The notes beneath the pieces are model-generated. The model did not search any database. It saw only the letters and a program-made list of their open reading frames with translations, and had not been told where the DNA came from. The position numbers and the translations under genes were made by a program. From NCBI GenBank assembly GCA_047967505.1, contig CM106538.1: a stretch of DNA of 64,000 nt; one strand, given 5' to 3'. Of the stretch, positions 36,411 through 51,095 are shown one piece after another. The first letter of the stretch is position 1, and every line of letters begins with the position of its first letter. This DNA comes from Dipteris shenzhenensis (Eukaryota).

Positions 36411-39400
36411 GCCATTCAGTTGGCCCTTCACTTTCCTTTCCACCCTTTCCACAACACCTACCTTGTATCTTGGCGTAGGGGGGAAAAAAAAACCAAAAAA
36501 AAAAGCAACCTTTCTCATTTGCTCCCTACGCCATTTTTTGCATCAATCTTCAACCCTAGCAACCTTTCTCATCGCTCCTATTTTGCATCAACCTTCAGCA
36601 CGTTATTGTATTGTCCTTAAAAGTCTCTTCCTCGTTCACTTCTTTTCATTGATTATTGGCCCTACTAGGGAACTCTTGGGAGATTGTTGGTATTTTGGGT
36701 CCCAGATGGAAGTCAAGTTGACCAATTACAGATGTCAATAGTTTTTGTTACGTGCAATAGTTTGTTAATGTATGGTTACCTTTCCTCATGTGACTCTTCC
36801 TTTCATTAAAGCAAGGCCATAGTGGTTTTGCCACCTTGTTAAATATCTCCTAGGTCTATGTCTCTTCCCTTCTTCCATGTGCCACATTTTTAGACTGACT
36901 TATTCTTTACGTAGGGAGCCTGGTGAAGTATTGTACTCCTTTGACTCCACTTGTTTGTATATTAACTCGTAGGTTGAAAGGGTTCACATTTGCTTGCTTT
37001 TTAAAAGTTTGTAAAGCTCTTTTTAAAATATTTTAAAGCTATTGTTGCCTTTTCTTATAAAGAAAGTGGACTTCCTGATCACCACTACGCATCCCACCTT
37101 CCTAAATCCTCTCTTGAATCTAGTCCCTCGCTTCCAAAAGTATGTATCAACTAAAAGCAACTATTTGGCTGAAAACAAGTGCATTGGAGTGGAACTTGAG
37201 CCGATGGTGTGATCAGTAAACATCATAACTTTATTTATTCAATAAAATAACTATTCGTACAAAATAAACTTTGTTGATATTAATAGCTAGTAAGAACAAC
37301 CTACTATATATATCTTGTGACCTTGCCCATGTTGCCATTATCTCCTAGGTTGATATGTGCACTTGTGTGTTTCTTAATAATTAGAATGCTATGATTTTGA
37401 CATTGCGTGTTTTTATATAACTACAAAATGAGTCAGTATTGTGGATATCTTTCACAATAGAAATGCAAACTTTTTTTATGAATGAGTGTGTAGAAGAAGT
37501 TTTATTACTTGTTATTTTATTTTGTTTGTAATGTTCATCCCTACACTTGTCCTTGTGAATGACTGAATGATTTTAGAAAAATTATTCTTATGCTTGTTCT
37601 TGTTGAATGAAGTTAGCATTCTTTCACTTGTGATTTTAGGAGGACTATCCAAGGCAGAGGACCTTTATTGACTCAACACACATAATTTATTTGCATTCAT
37701 TTTGGGGGACATCCTAGGGCAGAGTACCCTTAGACACACACACAAAATAAAAAATGTAGATCTCTCAGAATGAGAGATGCTCCCCGAGTAGCTGCTTGCA
37801 CACAAGTGTGTACATCCCTCCAAGTTGATGATGTGTCGATGAAGATCATGGCAAGAATGGCCCAAATATATGTCAATGAAGGCCATGGGAGCAACTACCA
37901 AGGGCAATTACTACATGACTCTCAAAGTGTTGCAATGTGAGTCACCAAGGTCGGAGCAAAGCCTAAATTCTAAGCAATTATGTCCAAGGGGGCAAATTTC
38001 CCAAATGGATGCCCAAAATAATAATGAAATTATACAATGTTGAGAGGAAAGCCCTAAATTTTTACATGCAGGAGGCTTCAATATAGCTCAAAGAATACAA
38101 AAATCAGGAAAGCCCTAAAATCTAAAAATTAGGGTTTAGCAAAAAATTAGGGTTTCTAAAAAATTGGGGCTTTGCAAATTTTCTTGTATGGAAGGATGCC
38201 TATAGCTCTTAGGAGGCCTCATATCATGAAAACCACATTTTTTATTTTTTATTTTGCTCAAAGATTGAGTAAACTAGAGATGGTGACTTTTAGGGTTTTG
38301 GGGCAACCAAGATATTCAGATAGGTCCCAAATCTGCAAGGCGGCTCATTCAGTGCACTAGAGCAATCTACAAGGCAACTCATTCAGTGCACTAGAGTAGA
38401 AAGTAGATCTTATGCTCGAGCAGAGGTGATGAAGACGCACGTCAGGGGATAGAGATTGTATAAGTATTGCTTCAAGTCGGCGTAGAGCAATAGTACGACG
38501 AGCTAGTGCACCTTCAAATGATTGTTGATTAGTAGGATACACAGATCACGAGCAGTTGACAGAGCCTACATTGTCAATCTTCTATGCACACCTGTGACGC
38601 TCTACATGAACTGCTAATGGATGAGGCTGATACTTGTGAGCACATGAAGGTGGATGACACATAAGCAATAGGTTGGTTGCTGCTTTTTGGTTGGAAGAAC
38701 TCAGTAATCATGCTATGAGTGGAGTCTGGATGTATCATGATCTCCCCTCCATGCCGTGAGCAATTGCTCCCTATGTCATATGGCCTCATGAATTTTCCCT
38801 CAAGAACATGGACAAATGTCCTCTAGATTTGCATATGATCAGCCTTGAGCTTGCCAAAAGGAAATATGCAAGCTGAATACAGTCAAACAGCAGTCTAACT
38901 ATTACATATCAAGAATTGTTACAAAGAAGACCCCAAAAGGAGTTATAACTACCCACTATGGTTCTTTGTAACTTCCATTCATGTATATGACTTGTGACCT
39001 TCCAACTTCCACATGACTTTGACTTAGCCTAGGTGCCCAAATACCCCTCAACACCTGGCACACCTGGTGGTATAACTTTTTGCAAAAAAGTGGAAGACTC
39101 GAACCCTTCCTAACCTTGATGGTGTAGGTTTTACTGATTGCAATTGTACCGTTTCATGGCTACATGCCAATGTTGGGAACCCATGAAATAGAGTAGAATC
39201 CATGCATGTTCATATAAAATGAATAAGTAGAACCATGCATGAATCAACATGTTCACATTCCACTGGCACGGAATGGACAGATTGCTCTGATCAAGCAAAA
39301 AGGAATAGGTCGATGAAGCTCCAACATCTGCAACATATGTTGGTGTAGAGTCCTCAAAGAAATCATTGATTTGTCTTTGAACCATCTGCATTTGACCTTG

Positions 39401-40041
39401 ATAAATCCATTGAAATAATGAATTCTAAATCAGCTTTAACTCCTTGATTAAATTCTGATTTCTATCTTGAATCTGACATAGTAGGACTGAGATCAGATTA
39501 TTGTCGAAATCCAATTTGACTATCAAAATCTTTCCAATTAAAGAATTTGAAAACATTCCTGTAAAGCTCATATATAGCAGAAACTTGCTATCAAGTTGAA
39601 TTTTGAAAAATAAATCAGAAATAGGAGAATAGATAGTCAGACTAGTAGGCTACAGTATCAGATTGTCATCAAACTCAAACTGCAGTCGAACTGTTGGACT
39701 GTTTGTCCCCATTATGCCAATTGTTTGGTCATTATTTAATGAACTAAAGATCACAAAAAGTACTGTCAGACCTTCAAAACTTTGTTCTACTGGGATGAAA
39801 TTGAAAATCCATCTTTTGAACTATTTCCAACCTTCAAAATGCATCCAACTGCTGTCAGACTGCCTAGAATTGTTGGACTGCTATGGAACACCATTTTCTA
39901 TCATAAAGAGCATAAAAATAGATAATGTCAATCCATCCATGTTTTTTGCACTTGCTTTTACTGATATTAAACCTTCAAGGCTTCGTTTGAAGTGCTTCTG
40001 ACCTTCAGACTGCTGCATCCAGATTACCTTAAACTATCAAA

Positions 40042-41682
40042 TTATAGTCTGATCACTTGCTCAATATCTGATTTTTGTTTTTCTTTATTGCAAACCTGAA
40101 TGTGCTGACCTTGATCATGTTTGTAGTGTCGAAATTTTTTTGGTATGAAGTAGAGGTGATTAGGGAACTCCTCCAGGCTCTTTTGGCTCCATTTTGGGCT
40201 CTCTTGGATCCAGGTTAAGTTCCTCCTTTTCCCTTCATCTTTCATCCTTTGAATTTCATTATCATCAGCATCAACATCATCATTATCATTTTTTGATTTT
40301 GTTTTGGTTGTATTTGAATTTGAATTTTGTATTTGTGCATCTTCCCAAACTATTGGAACTTTGCCACAGCAAGGATCTGACTTGGAATCTCCATCTGACG
40401 TCTTTTCTTTGCTTGCTTCTTCTTCAACATTCTGAATATGTGCCATCTTTGTAGCATCTTTTTTACATCTGTGGTTATCAACTTGAATAGCATCATTAGA
40501 AACATCATGATCTGAAATATTATCTTCAACATTGACATCAAACCATTCGTTTATTTCTGGCTTTGATTGTTGATTCATTTGTTTATCCCTCAATAGGAAA
40601 AAGATGAAAACATGAGCATACTGCATAATCGTCAATATCTTCTTCATCTCATCATCACACATGAAATTTGCAATCTTTGCATAATCAATATCATAACCAT
40701 CAGAAACAACATCAGCTTCATTGCTTTGACATACTTTAACATGATTGGTTGGAATTGAATTAGGAATGTAGTCCAAACCTTCCTTGTTTGTAAGGGCTTC
40801 TGTATTCAAGCTCCACAAAGATTGCATGAGGATTGATCTTCTCTTGCTTCCACATCACATCAATGGCAAAAGATGGTGCAAAGGTATAGCATGCACACTC
40901 CTCATATGTCTCCTCTAAGTTTTGATCGTCTTTGGTCAAAAAGCAAATCTCTTTATCATCATTTGTTGATCCAAGTTCTTCTTGCTCTATTTGTTGATGA
41001 AAAGTTACTGAACTTATAGGCATTGGATAATCTTCATAGACATCTACCATGCTTAGAAACTTTTAAAAACTTATTTCCAATTGGTCAGACTTGCTATCCG
41101 CCTATTTGGGCTGCTTATTGTCAGACTGCTTGATGTCGAACTCTAGTCAGACTGCTGTCGGACTCCAGTCTAACTATTTGTATTGAATGTGATCTGAAAC
41201 ATTTGCATCCATTTGATTATGAACAAAAATCACTGAATTATCATTGCAATTCTCACCGAGTTCTCACCAATATCTTTGAAATTTGAGTCGAAATCGGAAT
41301 TATTGTCCTCTTCATGCCCATATTCAGACTGTAGAATCTGAACTCTTTGTTGAAGCTCAGCAATCTCATTAATATGCTTATTCAATCTCCAATTACCTTT
41401 GTGAAATTTGATATGCCAAGATTTTGCCTTCTCAAGTAAAACTAAATATTTGGAAAATTTATCCAAGAGCTTTCTGGCCTTCCGATCAGACTTTGCCTCA
41501 CATAAAGTAGGAAAGATTTCATAGAACTTGTCATCCAAAAGTGAAGAACAATATTTCCTCTGATGACTGGATTGTTGGCAATGCTTACAAAAATTGAGAT
41601 AACAATCCTTTTCCACATAATCAGAATTTGAAGACATCACACAATGCATCCTCTGACACTTCTTTTTCTTTGACTTTCCCAT
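40042..41682 (-). mobile_element. Decayed gag-like ORF with a CCHC zinc knuckle followed by acidic low-complexity sequence; probable non-autonomous retroelement interior
   Basis: CKHCQQSSHQRKYC (Cx2Cx4Hx4C) at 41548-41589, followed by co-oriented ORF pieces; no pol motifs recognised. Confidence 0.5.
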
Positions 41683-42474
41683 GATAGGATCAGTAAATGA
41701 GAAAAGTAGAGATAATTGTACCTTTGATGATGCTTCAGACTGATCAGGCTTTAGAACTTGTCCATTGAAACTATGTCGGACAGTCTTCCTACAACTGAAC
41801 ACAAGTCAGAGCTCAATCCAACAAGAAAATCTTTTCCATTTCAGAATCTAAAAACATATACGAAAAGCTGATACAATTTAGAATCATGTCATCAAGTCGA
41901 ATTTGAAAGAGCCACTTAGAAATAGGAGAACAATGATTAGACTTCTGTCGGACCACACAGTCGGATTGTTTCCTGTCAGAGCAAGTTGGACTTTTGTCGA
42001 ACTGTGGTCGGACTATCTCCCTACAACCCAAAGATCAAAAACTGCATCCACTTGTCTGACATACATTCCCTTTGCTTCGGATTTGATGTTGAAAACTCAA
42101 GTTGCACTTTGAATCATCTAATAAACCTTTAATCTTTATCTTCAAGCTACCCTTTTTAGGATCATGTTTTGCTTCAAAATTTTACACTCAGATATTTGTG
42201 TACCTAGATAGCATGCTTCACTAAGTGCCTCACTTGTGGCGCACCATCAAATTGCCTCATTATTCCAAGCTCTATTGCGTCCATCTCTGGTACTCTAATG
42301 GATTCTAATCCAAAGTCTACTAGGACCACCTATTTTCTCTTTGTACTTCATTGGAGTTTCCTAAGAGGAGAGTCTTCCCTTATCTACAAAACCATGATAT
42401 CATCATCTAAGGTCTCACATGTGCTATGGGCCACTATGGCGACATCATGTGCATAGGATGATATATCTGGGAAA

Positions 42475-42480
<6 letters not shown>

Positions 42481-42545
<65 letters not shown>
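42481..42545. repeat. (AG)n microsatellite
   Basis: Pure dinucleotide run. Confidence 0.98.
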
Positions 42546-42548
<3 letters not shown>

Positions 42549-43259
42549 AGAGATTATTCAAATGATTATCAAAGGTATTTTTAAAATGGATCCACCAAAA
42601 ATGGAGAAGTTAATACATGACATCACACATGGATCCTACAATAAATGAATATCTAGATACATAAGCGATTACAATGTTAAAGTGATCCATGCCTTAGGAA
42701 CATCTAAATCAAGTATTCATTGTTGCATCAATACATGGTATCAAACAAATGTTGATATTTGTACCTTCACTTTTGGTAAGCTTTTAATGGGGAGAGTGTA
42801 CCCATCTTCCAAGAATGGCCTTAAAGTTCATCACACCCTTATGTGTATACCAATTCTCATCCATCTAGAGAAAATAAAACCATCACATGGTTTTCCTTGT
42901 GAGGAGACTTTTGATTAACTAATTTAATGAGAATTGGGAAACAATATTACTCTAAATTATGAGAATATGTAAAAATGTATAGTTAATAGAAGTGGAGAAC
43001 CATGAAGTTAAGAAAAGCTTACCTTTATCATGTCTTGCATCTCATTTTGTATCTCTTGTACCATTATGAGACCAATATATGAGTTATATTTATCAATAAC
43101 AACCACAATTACTATGATTTACTTGTTACGGAAGTGATTCTATCATTTAGAGAATATATTCAACATTATACAATGAGTATAATGTTGAGGATTCATCTCA
43201 ACATCATGTGTTCATAATGTGCATAGCACTAACACAAAGAGAGCTTAAGCCACAACGAT

Positions 43260-46200
43260 TGGAAACCCGAACCCTAACACGGCAGAGTATGCCTCGGGCC
43301 ATTTCAGGGTCGCTTTTTTGCGGTGGTTTCCTAAGGAGAAAACCATTCCACAAATGCTAGAGGGGCTGAGGATCTTGAGACAAGGTGATCAGGATGTGGA
43401 AGACTACGCAGCTCAGTACCGCCAACTTTTGCAAAGGGTTCCAGTGACTCAACGACCTACAGTGGAGGTGTTGAGAGGTGTTGAATGATAATTTCATCAG
43501 TGGTCTAGCCAAGGATGTGCGGCGGATTACAGTGGCAACAATGGACAAAGTCATGTTACCCTTGAACGACCTAATCCATCAGGCAATCTGGGCGGGTGAA
43601 GCCCTACAAGGGGGAATGGCAAAGCAAGACGATCATCCAAGAGTAAGGGCAAATCCAAAAAGCTGTCTTCAAGGAAAAAACGAAGGGATAGTGATGAAGA
43701 GTCAGACGAGGATAGTTCGGTAGAAAGTTCATTGGAAGAAAGAAGTGATGAGTCGGAGGAGGAGGAGGTTAAGAAGCCCAAAAATACATCAAAAGGAGGG
43801 AAGGGGAACTTTGCAACATCTGCAAGTCACTTAGAGGGGTGTCTGAATGCGGATCTTTGGTGTGTACACTACAAGAATCTAGGGCATTTCGAAATGGAGT
43901 GTGCGATGAATCAACAGTGGTGTGCGATTTTCCAAACTAATACACACATAACGGAGTAGTGCAGCTCCAATGGACGTGGCCCATGCACATTGGGACAACC
44001 TCAATGGACACAACCACCAACTATGGAGCCTGTAGTGGCCTATGCATAGCAAGCTCGTACTGTGAAAGTTCAGGAATCAACCTCTAGCCCGAGAAGGTGG
44101 TGGAGGGGGCCGCAGTCATGGACGAGGTGGTGGAGGATGAGTTGGTCCGTGGGTGAAGGCGTGCTTCTTCTACCTAGGTGAAGGTCACTAGCAAAATGAG
44201 TTCCCTAAGGCTCAATAATGGGATTGCCAGAACCAGGAACATCAAAAGATGGCAGGGAAGATGCCTAGCACATCTATGGTACAAATCGTGGAGGACATCC
44301 AACCTTTGCACCAAAGGTGAATGTGGTAACTTGATCAGGCAGAGTGATGCAGACCAAAGTCAAGAAGCTCGCATTACTTTAGTGGCCTATGCAAGAGGCG
44401 GTGCATCAATAGGTGCTCGAGTGAGTCCAAGAAGTGGCCTTAATGGAAGATAAGCAAGCAGCTACTTCGAGAGCAAGGAAAGTCTGCCAACTCCAGTTTG
44501 AAGAGGTGTTGCATCCGGCCATCATGCAGGAAGTAGGCCACTTAAGAGGTCGTACCAAGAGTTCCAAAGCGATTCCAAAAACAAGCTCCAAAGGAACGAT
44601 GGAGGCGCACACATAGCCAGATGAACAAAGATGTTGTGGAAGACCTTCTGGAGACACCCATTTAGATCTCGTTGGGACGATTGCTATAGTTGGTGTCACA
44701 ATTTCATAAGAGGCTCCTGCAAATGTTGACCAGAGTGTCACTGGTACCGGAGGTGGATATCTTTCATACCGCATCACTGCCAGTTGTGGTCATACCCCTC
44801 ACTGACATGTGGATACCAATTATCTCCATGAGCATCAATGGACGAAGCTTTTCACAAAAATTGGTCGATGGTGGATCTGGAGTGAACATCATTACCTTGT
44901 GGACATACAAAGAATCGGGCTGGAATAACTGGGAGCCAGCACCATTTTTGGTTTGAATGGTTGATCAACGGAGAGTACGTCCTTTGGGCATGCTGCGGAT
45001 GTGTGCATGGAGGTTGTCGGAATCGACTTGATAGTTTCATTCATCGTGCTTAGGATGGAGGCACCATGGACAGAGTATAGTTTCCTCTTGGGCCTGGTTA
45101 CAGCAGGCAAAGGTGAAGCAGAATTGGGCCCTTAATATGCTATCAGTGTGATGGGGTAGACACAAGGTCTGCATGCCGATGGGGGTGGTCAATTCACTCG
45201 ACGGGGGAAGTGCGACAAATCATGGCTGAGACAATGAACATGGCAGATGGTCTTGAGGACGATGAAGAAGAGGAGTTTCTACGCAACAACCCCGACTTGG
45301 TGCCACTATTTATAGTCGATGTCATGGAAATTTTGGCACAATAATGCTAGCCAAAACCAAGGGCTGGTCTGGTATCACTGCAACCACAGCTACAACCTAT
45401 GGAGGACTTTTTGTCTATGGATCTGGATATGAAAGATATCCTCGAACAGGAGCAGAAATTTGAGGAGCAAATGATGCACGTAATGCACATGTAGGAAGAT
45501 GCCGTGGAGATGGTGTTCCTAGTCATCGATAGGAAGATGCCGTGGAAAGTGTATTCCTAGATCAACACACTTCTAGAAGATGAATTTAGGAAGGAATTGG
45601 TGTGACTGCTGACCAATTTGTGGACATGTTTGCGTGGGACTATTCTATGCGAGGGCTAGGACCAAAGTCTTAGCAGCACTGGGTTCACCTGAAGAAGGAC
45701 ATCGTGCCCACCAAAATGCACCATCACCGCATGAATCTGCATGTGGCTAAGCAGGTTAAGATGGAACTAGAGAGGCTACTACAGGTGGGATTCATTGCAC
45801 AAATGAAGAATCCAGAGTGGATTTCTCCGATTATGATTATGCCCAAGAAAAACAAGAAGTTGCGGATTTGTGTGGATTACTATAAACTAAATGTAGCTAT
45901 AGTACCAGACCCATTTCCACTTCCATATATGGACTCTATGCTCATTCATGCTAGATGAAGTGGCTGGGCATGAGGTCTACTAATTTCTAGATGGGTACAG
46001 TGGATACAATCAAATTCCAATGGCGCTAGAGGACAACAAGCCAAAGACCACTTTCATTACGGCCTAGGGGGTATATGTGTGCCATCATGTGGTTCAGATT
46101 TCAGCATGCACCATCGACGTTCCAATGCACTATGTAGATCTTCGGGGAATATTAACAGATTTCATGAGAATCTTCCTAGATGACCTCAACGTGCTTGGAA

Positions 46201-46740
46201 CCAAATCCAATCACTTGGATCACTTGCGGCTATGCTTTCAATGCTGCAAAGAAGTGTCTTTCAGCCTGAATCCAATGAAGTGTGCATTTGCATTCTGAAG
46301 TGGCCATCTGTTGGGGCATGTAATCAACACTGAAGGAATAGCAGTGGACCTGGATAAAGTGGCAGCAATCATGCAAGCACCAGCACCAACAAATCCAAAA
46401 GAATGCTTCTGGTTTCTGAGACAGATACGATGGCATGGTTGTCACCTCCGATTGTTGGTTCACATGGCCATACCCTTGAATGCCTTGGTGATGTGGAGCC
46501 CAAAACGTTTGTATGGTCTACAGAATGTGAGAAGGCGCATCGACAATTGAAGGTGCAACTTTTCAGAGCCCCTATCTTGATCCCTCCAGATTGGGAGAAG
46601 ACATTCCATGTGTTGGTAGATGCCTCGGATTGAGAGCAGCTGGAAGTGTCTTGATGCAGTAGGATGAGGCAGGGTGGTTCTGACCAGTCTATTATGCACG
46701 TAGCAGACTATCACCGGCAGATCGAAATTACTCAGTGAGC
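43260..46740 (+). mobile_element. Decayed Ty3/gypsy gag-PR-RT-RNaseH, integrase absent
   Basis: Degenerate knuckles (CVHYKNLGHFEMEC, CAIFQTNTHITE*C), LVDGGSGVNI, WISPIMIMPKKNKKLRICVDY, IFLDDL, PDWEKTFHVLVDASD. Confidence 0.92.
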
Positions 46741-48179
46741 GAATCTTGAATATCTTAGTGCTGCAAGCCAATGTGGTCTTTATGCCAGTGAAAGAGATGA
46801 CTGCAGTGTTGACATAGGTGGCGTGCTCTTTTCCATTACAACAAGCACTATTCATCACTGTGGGTGTCTAGCCATGGATAACCTCTCCATGGACCTCACA
46901 ACTAGCATCACTGCCTACCTAGTTGGAGGCATGTGGGTGCTATCTGATTTAGTTATCATGGAAATGGACAACTTAACAGGCAGAAGCAGCATGCACAGTG
47001 AGCGGCGACCTCACTACAGACAAAGGAAAGGCAGTAGCAGAGGAGTATGCACAGTCATAGGAAGCCCGCTATAATTCCCTTGTGGAGTTAAGAGCCCATG
47101 CGCGGACAACCCAAGTCACGTGCCTTAAGGAGAAAATGAGCCGACTTTACTTCTGTGGTTGGAGTGCACCACACACTCCTCACTTACCCTTCCAGTTCAA
47201 CCTCCATGGTGGAAGGTGGCTGAGTATTTTTTGGATGTGCATTATGCAAAGAGACACACACCTTTTACTGCACTTCCAGATGCACTCTCTCTCCGGCCAC
47301 ACGAGTTCGAGCACCCAGCATTGTTCCAGGAGAGGTAGGCTCTCAATCTACTACTCGGAGTGGTCATTCAAGAGCAGCTTTGGCATGAGTAGTGGGTGGT
47401 TCTAGCACATAGGAACCAAATGCAATGGTTGGTGGACATGGAAGAGACACGCCTGAGGGAGAAACACCACCAATGATGCACTCGATGAGTAGGTGTGCGG
47501 GTTTTTGTTAGTGCGAAATCGAGCGAGACCGGTGGTGTTTCTTTGAGCCAATGACAACTACATCGTTGAGCAATGATGAAGATGCAGATGAAGAAGAAGA
47601 AGAAGCCCAAAGGTCAAGCCTACAAAATGAGCCTATGAGTGGAGACAGTACAACTGTCATTTTATTGGTTGCGGTGGGGGTATCGGAACCAGAGAGTGCT
47701 GACCTGATGCAATCATCAAATGAACGCACTTTCTTATTTGGGATGGATCAATTGTGGTCTATGGATTTAACGGATGTCTACTTGCATGGGTTCTCTACCC
47801 AGCTTAGCTCGAAATGATTGCTATGCACTATTGCACCACACTAATATGACTTCTAGCAGGCATAGTTGTTAGAATGGATTCGCATAGTCCACTGTGAGTG
47901 CCATGTATTAAGGCATTGGCAGCTTGTCGGGTTAGCACAGATCCCAAGGGATGCAAGTGGTCGTAACCCTTCAGTCAGCAATTGGAATTGCATATGTTGA
48001 ATATCCTCAGGACCAAGTGTCTCTTGATCATTATGCATTTCATAGATTCGGATACACTGTGTCCTCATTTTTATTTTCCACATACTCTATGTTGCATGTG
48101 TGTGTGAGTATGAACATTATCTACTTTCCGTAGCACCTGTGGATTATAGACATCATAAGAGCATTAGAGTAGTACATAG

Positions 48180-49200
48180 ACAACAAATATAAACTATAAA
48201 TTCCCACACACACATCCACAAATGACGTGCATACTCCTCTCTTCCTACTATAGACATGAGTGGTAACAAGTGTGTTTTGAAAAGACAGCCATGCCTCCAA
48301 GGCCTTGTACCCCACTATCTCTCCTCAATTCTCTCCTATGAGTTGAATCAAGTCCAGAATAGGAGAGCCTAGGACATTGAGGGCATATAGACAAAGCACT
48401 TTGCACATGGATAGGAGGTCTTGGCCCCCCAATCCTAGCATAATTGTTCAACCATACTATATGCTAAGGCTTTCCTTCTACTTGGAGTACCACCATCATA
48501 GTACCAATACACAAAATAGGGTATCCCATGGATATTGGATACTAGAGCACTCTCATGATTGGCCACACACTTGTGAATATTATTGGTCTATACTCAAGAG
48601 AGATCGGTACTTTCAACAAGGCGGCATTGGCACAAGCTAAATTTTGGAGGCAATACTCTACTCTAGACCACATCTTCACTCTATATGCCATCATCAAGGA
48701 GGTGAGAACAAGATACTAGAAATTCTAGGCTTGTTTTGTAGACTTCTAGAAGGCTTTTGACACAAGTCCATGATCTTGTATGATTAGGAGACTTTAGGAG
48801 ATGTAGATCCTAGGAATCATGATCTGGGGGGTGATGAGTTTATGTGAATTAGTAAAAGGGAGAAAATGTGCCTCAAGAGACCTATTGTATTAGATTAATA
48901 GAACAATCAAAGAAAAGCAAGGATACCCCCTCTTAGTGATAATTTTTAGGCTCTACATTGAGGACATCTTGACCTTCATTGACCACCTGAGATGTGAAAG
49001 TCACTCAATTGCTAACTTGATGATATAGATACTGTTATACATAGATGATATAGTCCTCAAATCCACCTACCTAGCTTTAGGTTTGTGGAGACATCTAGAA
49101 TCCCTAAAGGTGCTTTGCAAGGAGAGAGACTTAATATAGTCAACCTTTGTAAGATCAAGGTCATAATTTTCAACACCTCATGAGTGTTATTGAATCGACA
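48180..49200 (+). mobile_element. Decayed RT of a second LINE lineage (RTE/L2-like)
   Basis: YSTLDHIFTLYAII..ACFVDF*KAFD, KQGYPLL..IFRLYI, ILLYIDDIVL. Confidence 0.8.
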
Positions 49201-50499
49201 TAACATATAGGTGTAAACTTGCTTTTGATGGTTTCCATAGTAGGAAAATAGACCCTTGATGAACTAAATGTGCATTATATTAAAGGAAAGAATGTTTCTA
49301 CAGAGTATTGATTCTTCTCTCTAATAGGAAAATTTTGCCTTATATACAAACCTATTATAGAGAAAAAGGTTGGTGGACGTGACAAAATTTGCTCAACATT
49401 GCATTGTATTATGATTTTACAAATGCAGATAAGAATTCTCAAGTAGGAAATACAAATGTTTACAATAGCTATAAATTGGTGTATATTTAGCATGCATGCA
49501 CCTCTCTACTACTAGCTTACATTTTTTTAGATATATGATGATCAATCACCAATTAAAAAGATTAGATTAAGAGAATATTTATCAAAATACAAACAATTAT
49601 TTTATTTTTAATCTTTTTGTGTGATTCCTTATAGTAGCCACCCTTGTAATAAGAGCCAAGTTTTAAGGGAGACTTTGTCCCTTCCTTTTCTTAGAAATTG
49701 TATCTCCTCATGGGTTTTATATGAGTCCATATTTTGGATAATGAACCTTGACAAGCATAAACAATAATTATATCCATGCTTAGTTGGTTCCTTGTGGCAA
49801 CTTGTTGTAGGATCTATATTACCCAAGACAACAATAATTTTCTTCAAAAATAGAAAAAATTTGACCTTGTCATTCATTTTAAACTTTTCCCATAAATTGT
49901 TTTTCACAAGACAAATGGACAAGCCATTATTTATTTTATACACATGTCAAATAATTCATCCTATGTATATACTTGCGAGGAAAAAAAGTAATCAATCATT
50001 AATAGTTCTCTAACATAACAAATTTGATAAACAACATGTATTTTCTAACCTTTTTTGCTGGTATAATGTCTTCATTCAAGAATCTTTTGGGCATTCGTCC
50101 CAAATCATTGTGTTGTAAGACCTTATGCTAGCCATTGTAGGAAAGTGCAAACATACATTTGTTATGATAGGTAAAAATATATTTACTTAGAGAACTCAAT
50201 CAAAATTTCTTGCACCAATATTTTAGCATAATGTTAATTGTTATATGGCTAATCCCATGATCCTCATGATCATTATCTTTTGAGATTACATAGTTGCCTT
50301 GTCTTCCCTATTTTGTTTGTACAAATGAATAAATTTATTTTTCCATAGTTTAGTAATTATCTATGCACATTAATAAATTTCAAACTTGAATAAGAATTGT
50401 GTGTATGTGTGTGCATACATGCTTGTGCATCCATGCATGCATGCATGTGTGCTTGCGTGCGTGCGTGCATGCGTGCATGCGTGCGTGCATGTGTGCATG

Positions 50500-50532
<33 letters not shown>

Positions 50533-50534
<2 letters not shown>

Positions 50535-51095
50535 AAATGTCCCACAAATAATTGAGCCATACGATTAATTCCATCAATTGGATAAAAAGTAGAAAAAGGG
50601 AAACATGTAAGGAAAAAATACTTGAGACATCTAAGTTGAAAAATGCAACAACTAGAGTTTGCAAAAAAATCGACCAAAATTAAGAAATTTTAATAATATT
50701 GAGTTTGACAAACACAATATTGAAAAAAGATGTCAAATCCTCAGGCAATCCAGGTTTCAAGGTCAGGGTCCACTTACTTGCCACCATCCAAACAAACTAC
50801 ATTTTAGAACATCATAGTTACATATGGGTAGATAGGTAATGCATGTTTTCCCCGACTTGTTATTGCTTTACCTAGGAATATAGACAACCATATGGATTCT
50901 TAGACAATTTAAAAAAGTTTAAGTCAAGTGGAGTAAGGAGTGAATGAGTGCAAGGGTTGAGAAGGGATTAGAGGAGGTATGGGATTAGTGGACTTGGTGT
51001 GTGGGGTGGTTAGAAAAAGAGTGTAAATGGGAGATTTCATGGGGGGTACATAATAGATAATTCATAGTTGGGAAAGTATACATGTGTGTGTGTGT
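50533..51095. repeat. ~560-bp direct repeat, copy 1, flanked by (GT)n-rich tracts on both sides
   Basis: Colinear with 54393-54960, e.g. GAGACATCTAAGTTGAAAAATGCAACAACTAGAGTTTGCAAAAA and ACTTGTTATTGCTTTACCTAGGAATATAGACAACCATATG. Confidence 0.95.

Noticed and set aside
35956-36741. Overlapping 150-184-aa ORFs
   Set aside because: They cover the GC-rich promoter and 5' UTR, where stops are rare; no domain features.
38049-38300. TTAGGGTTT/AAAGCCCTAAA motifs as interstitial telomere
   Set aside because: Scattered single copies in both orientations, not a tandem TTTAGGG array.
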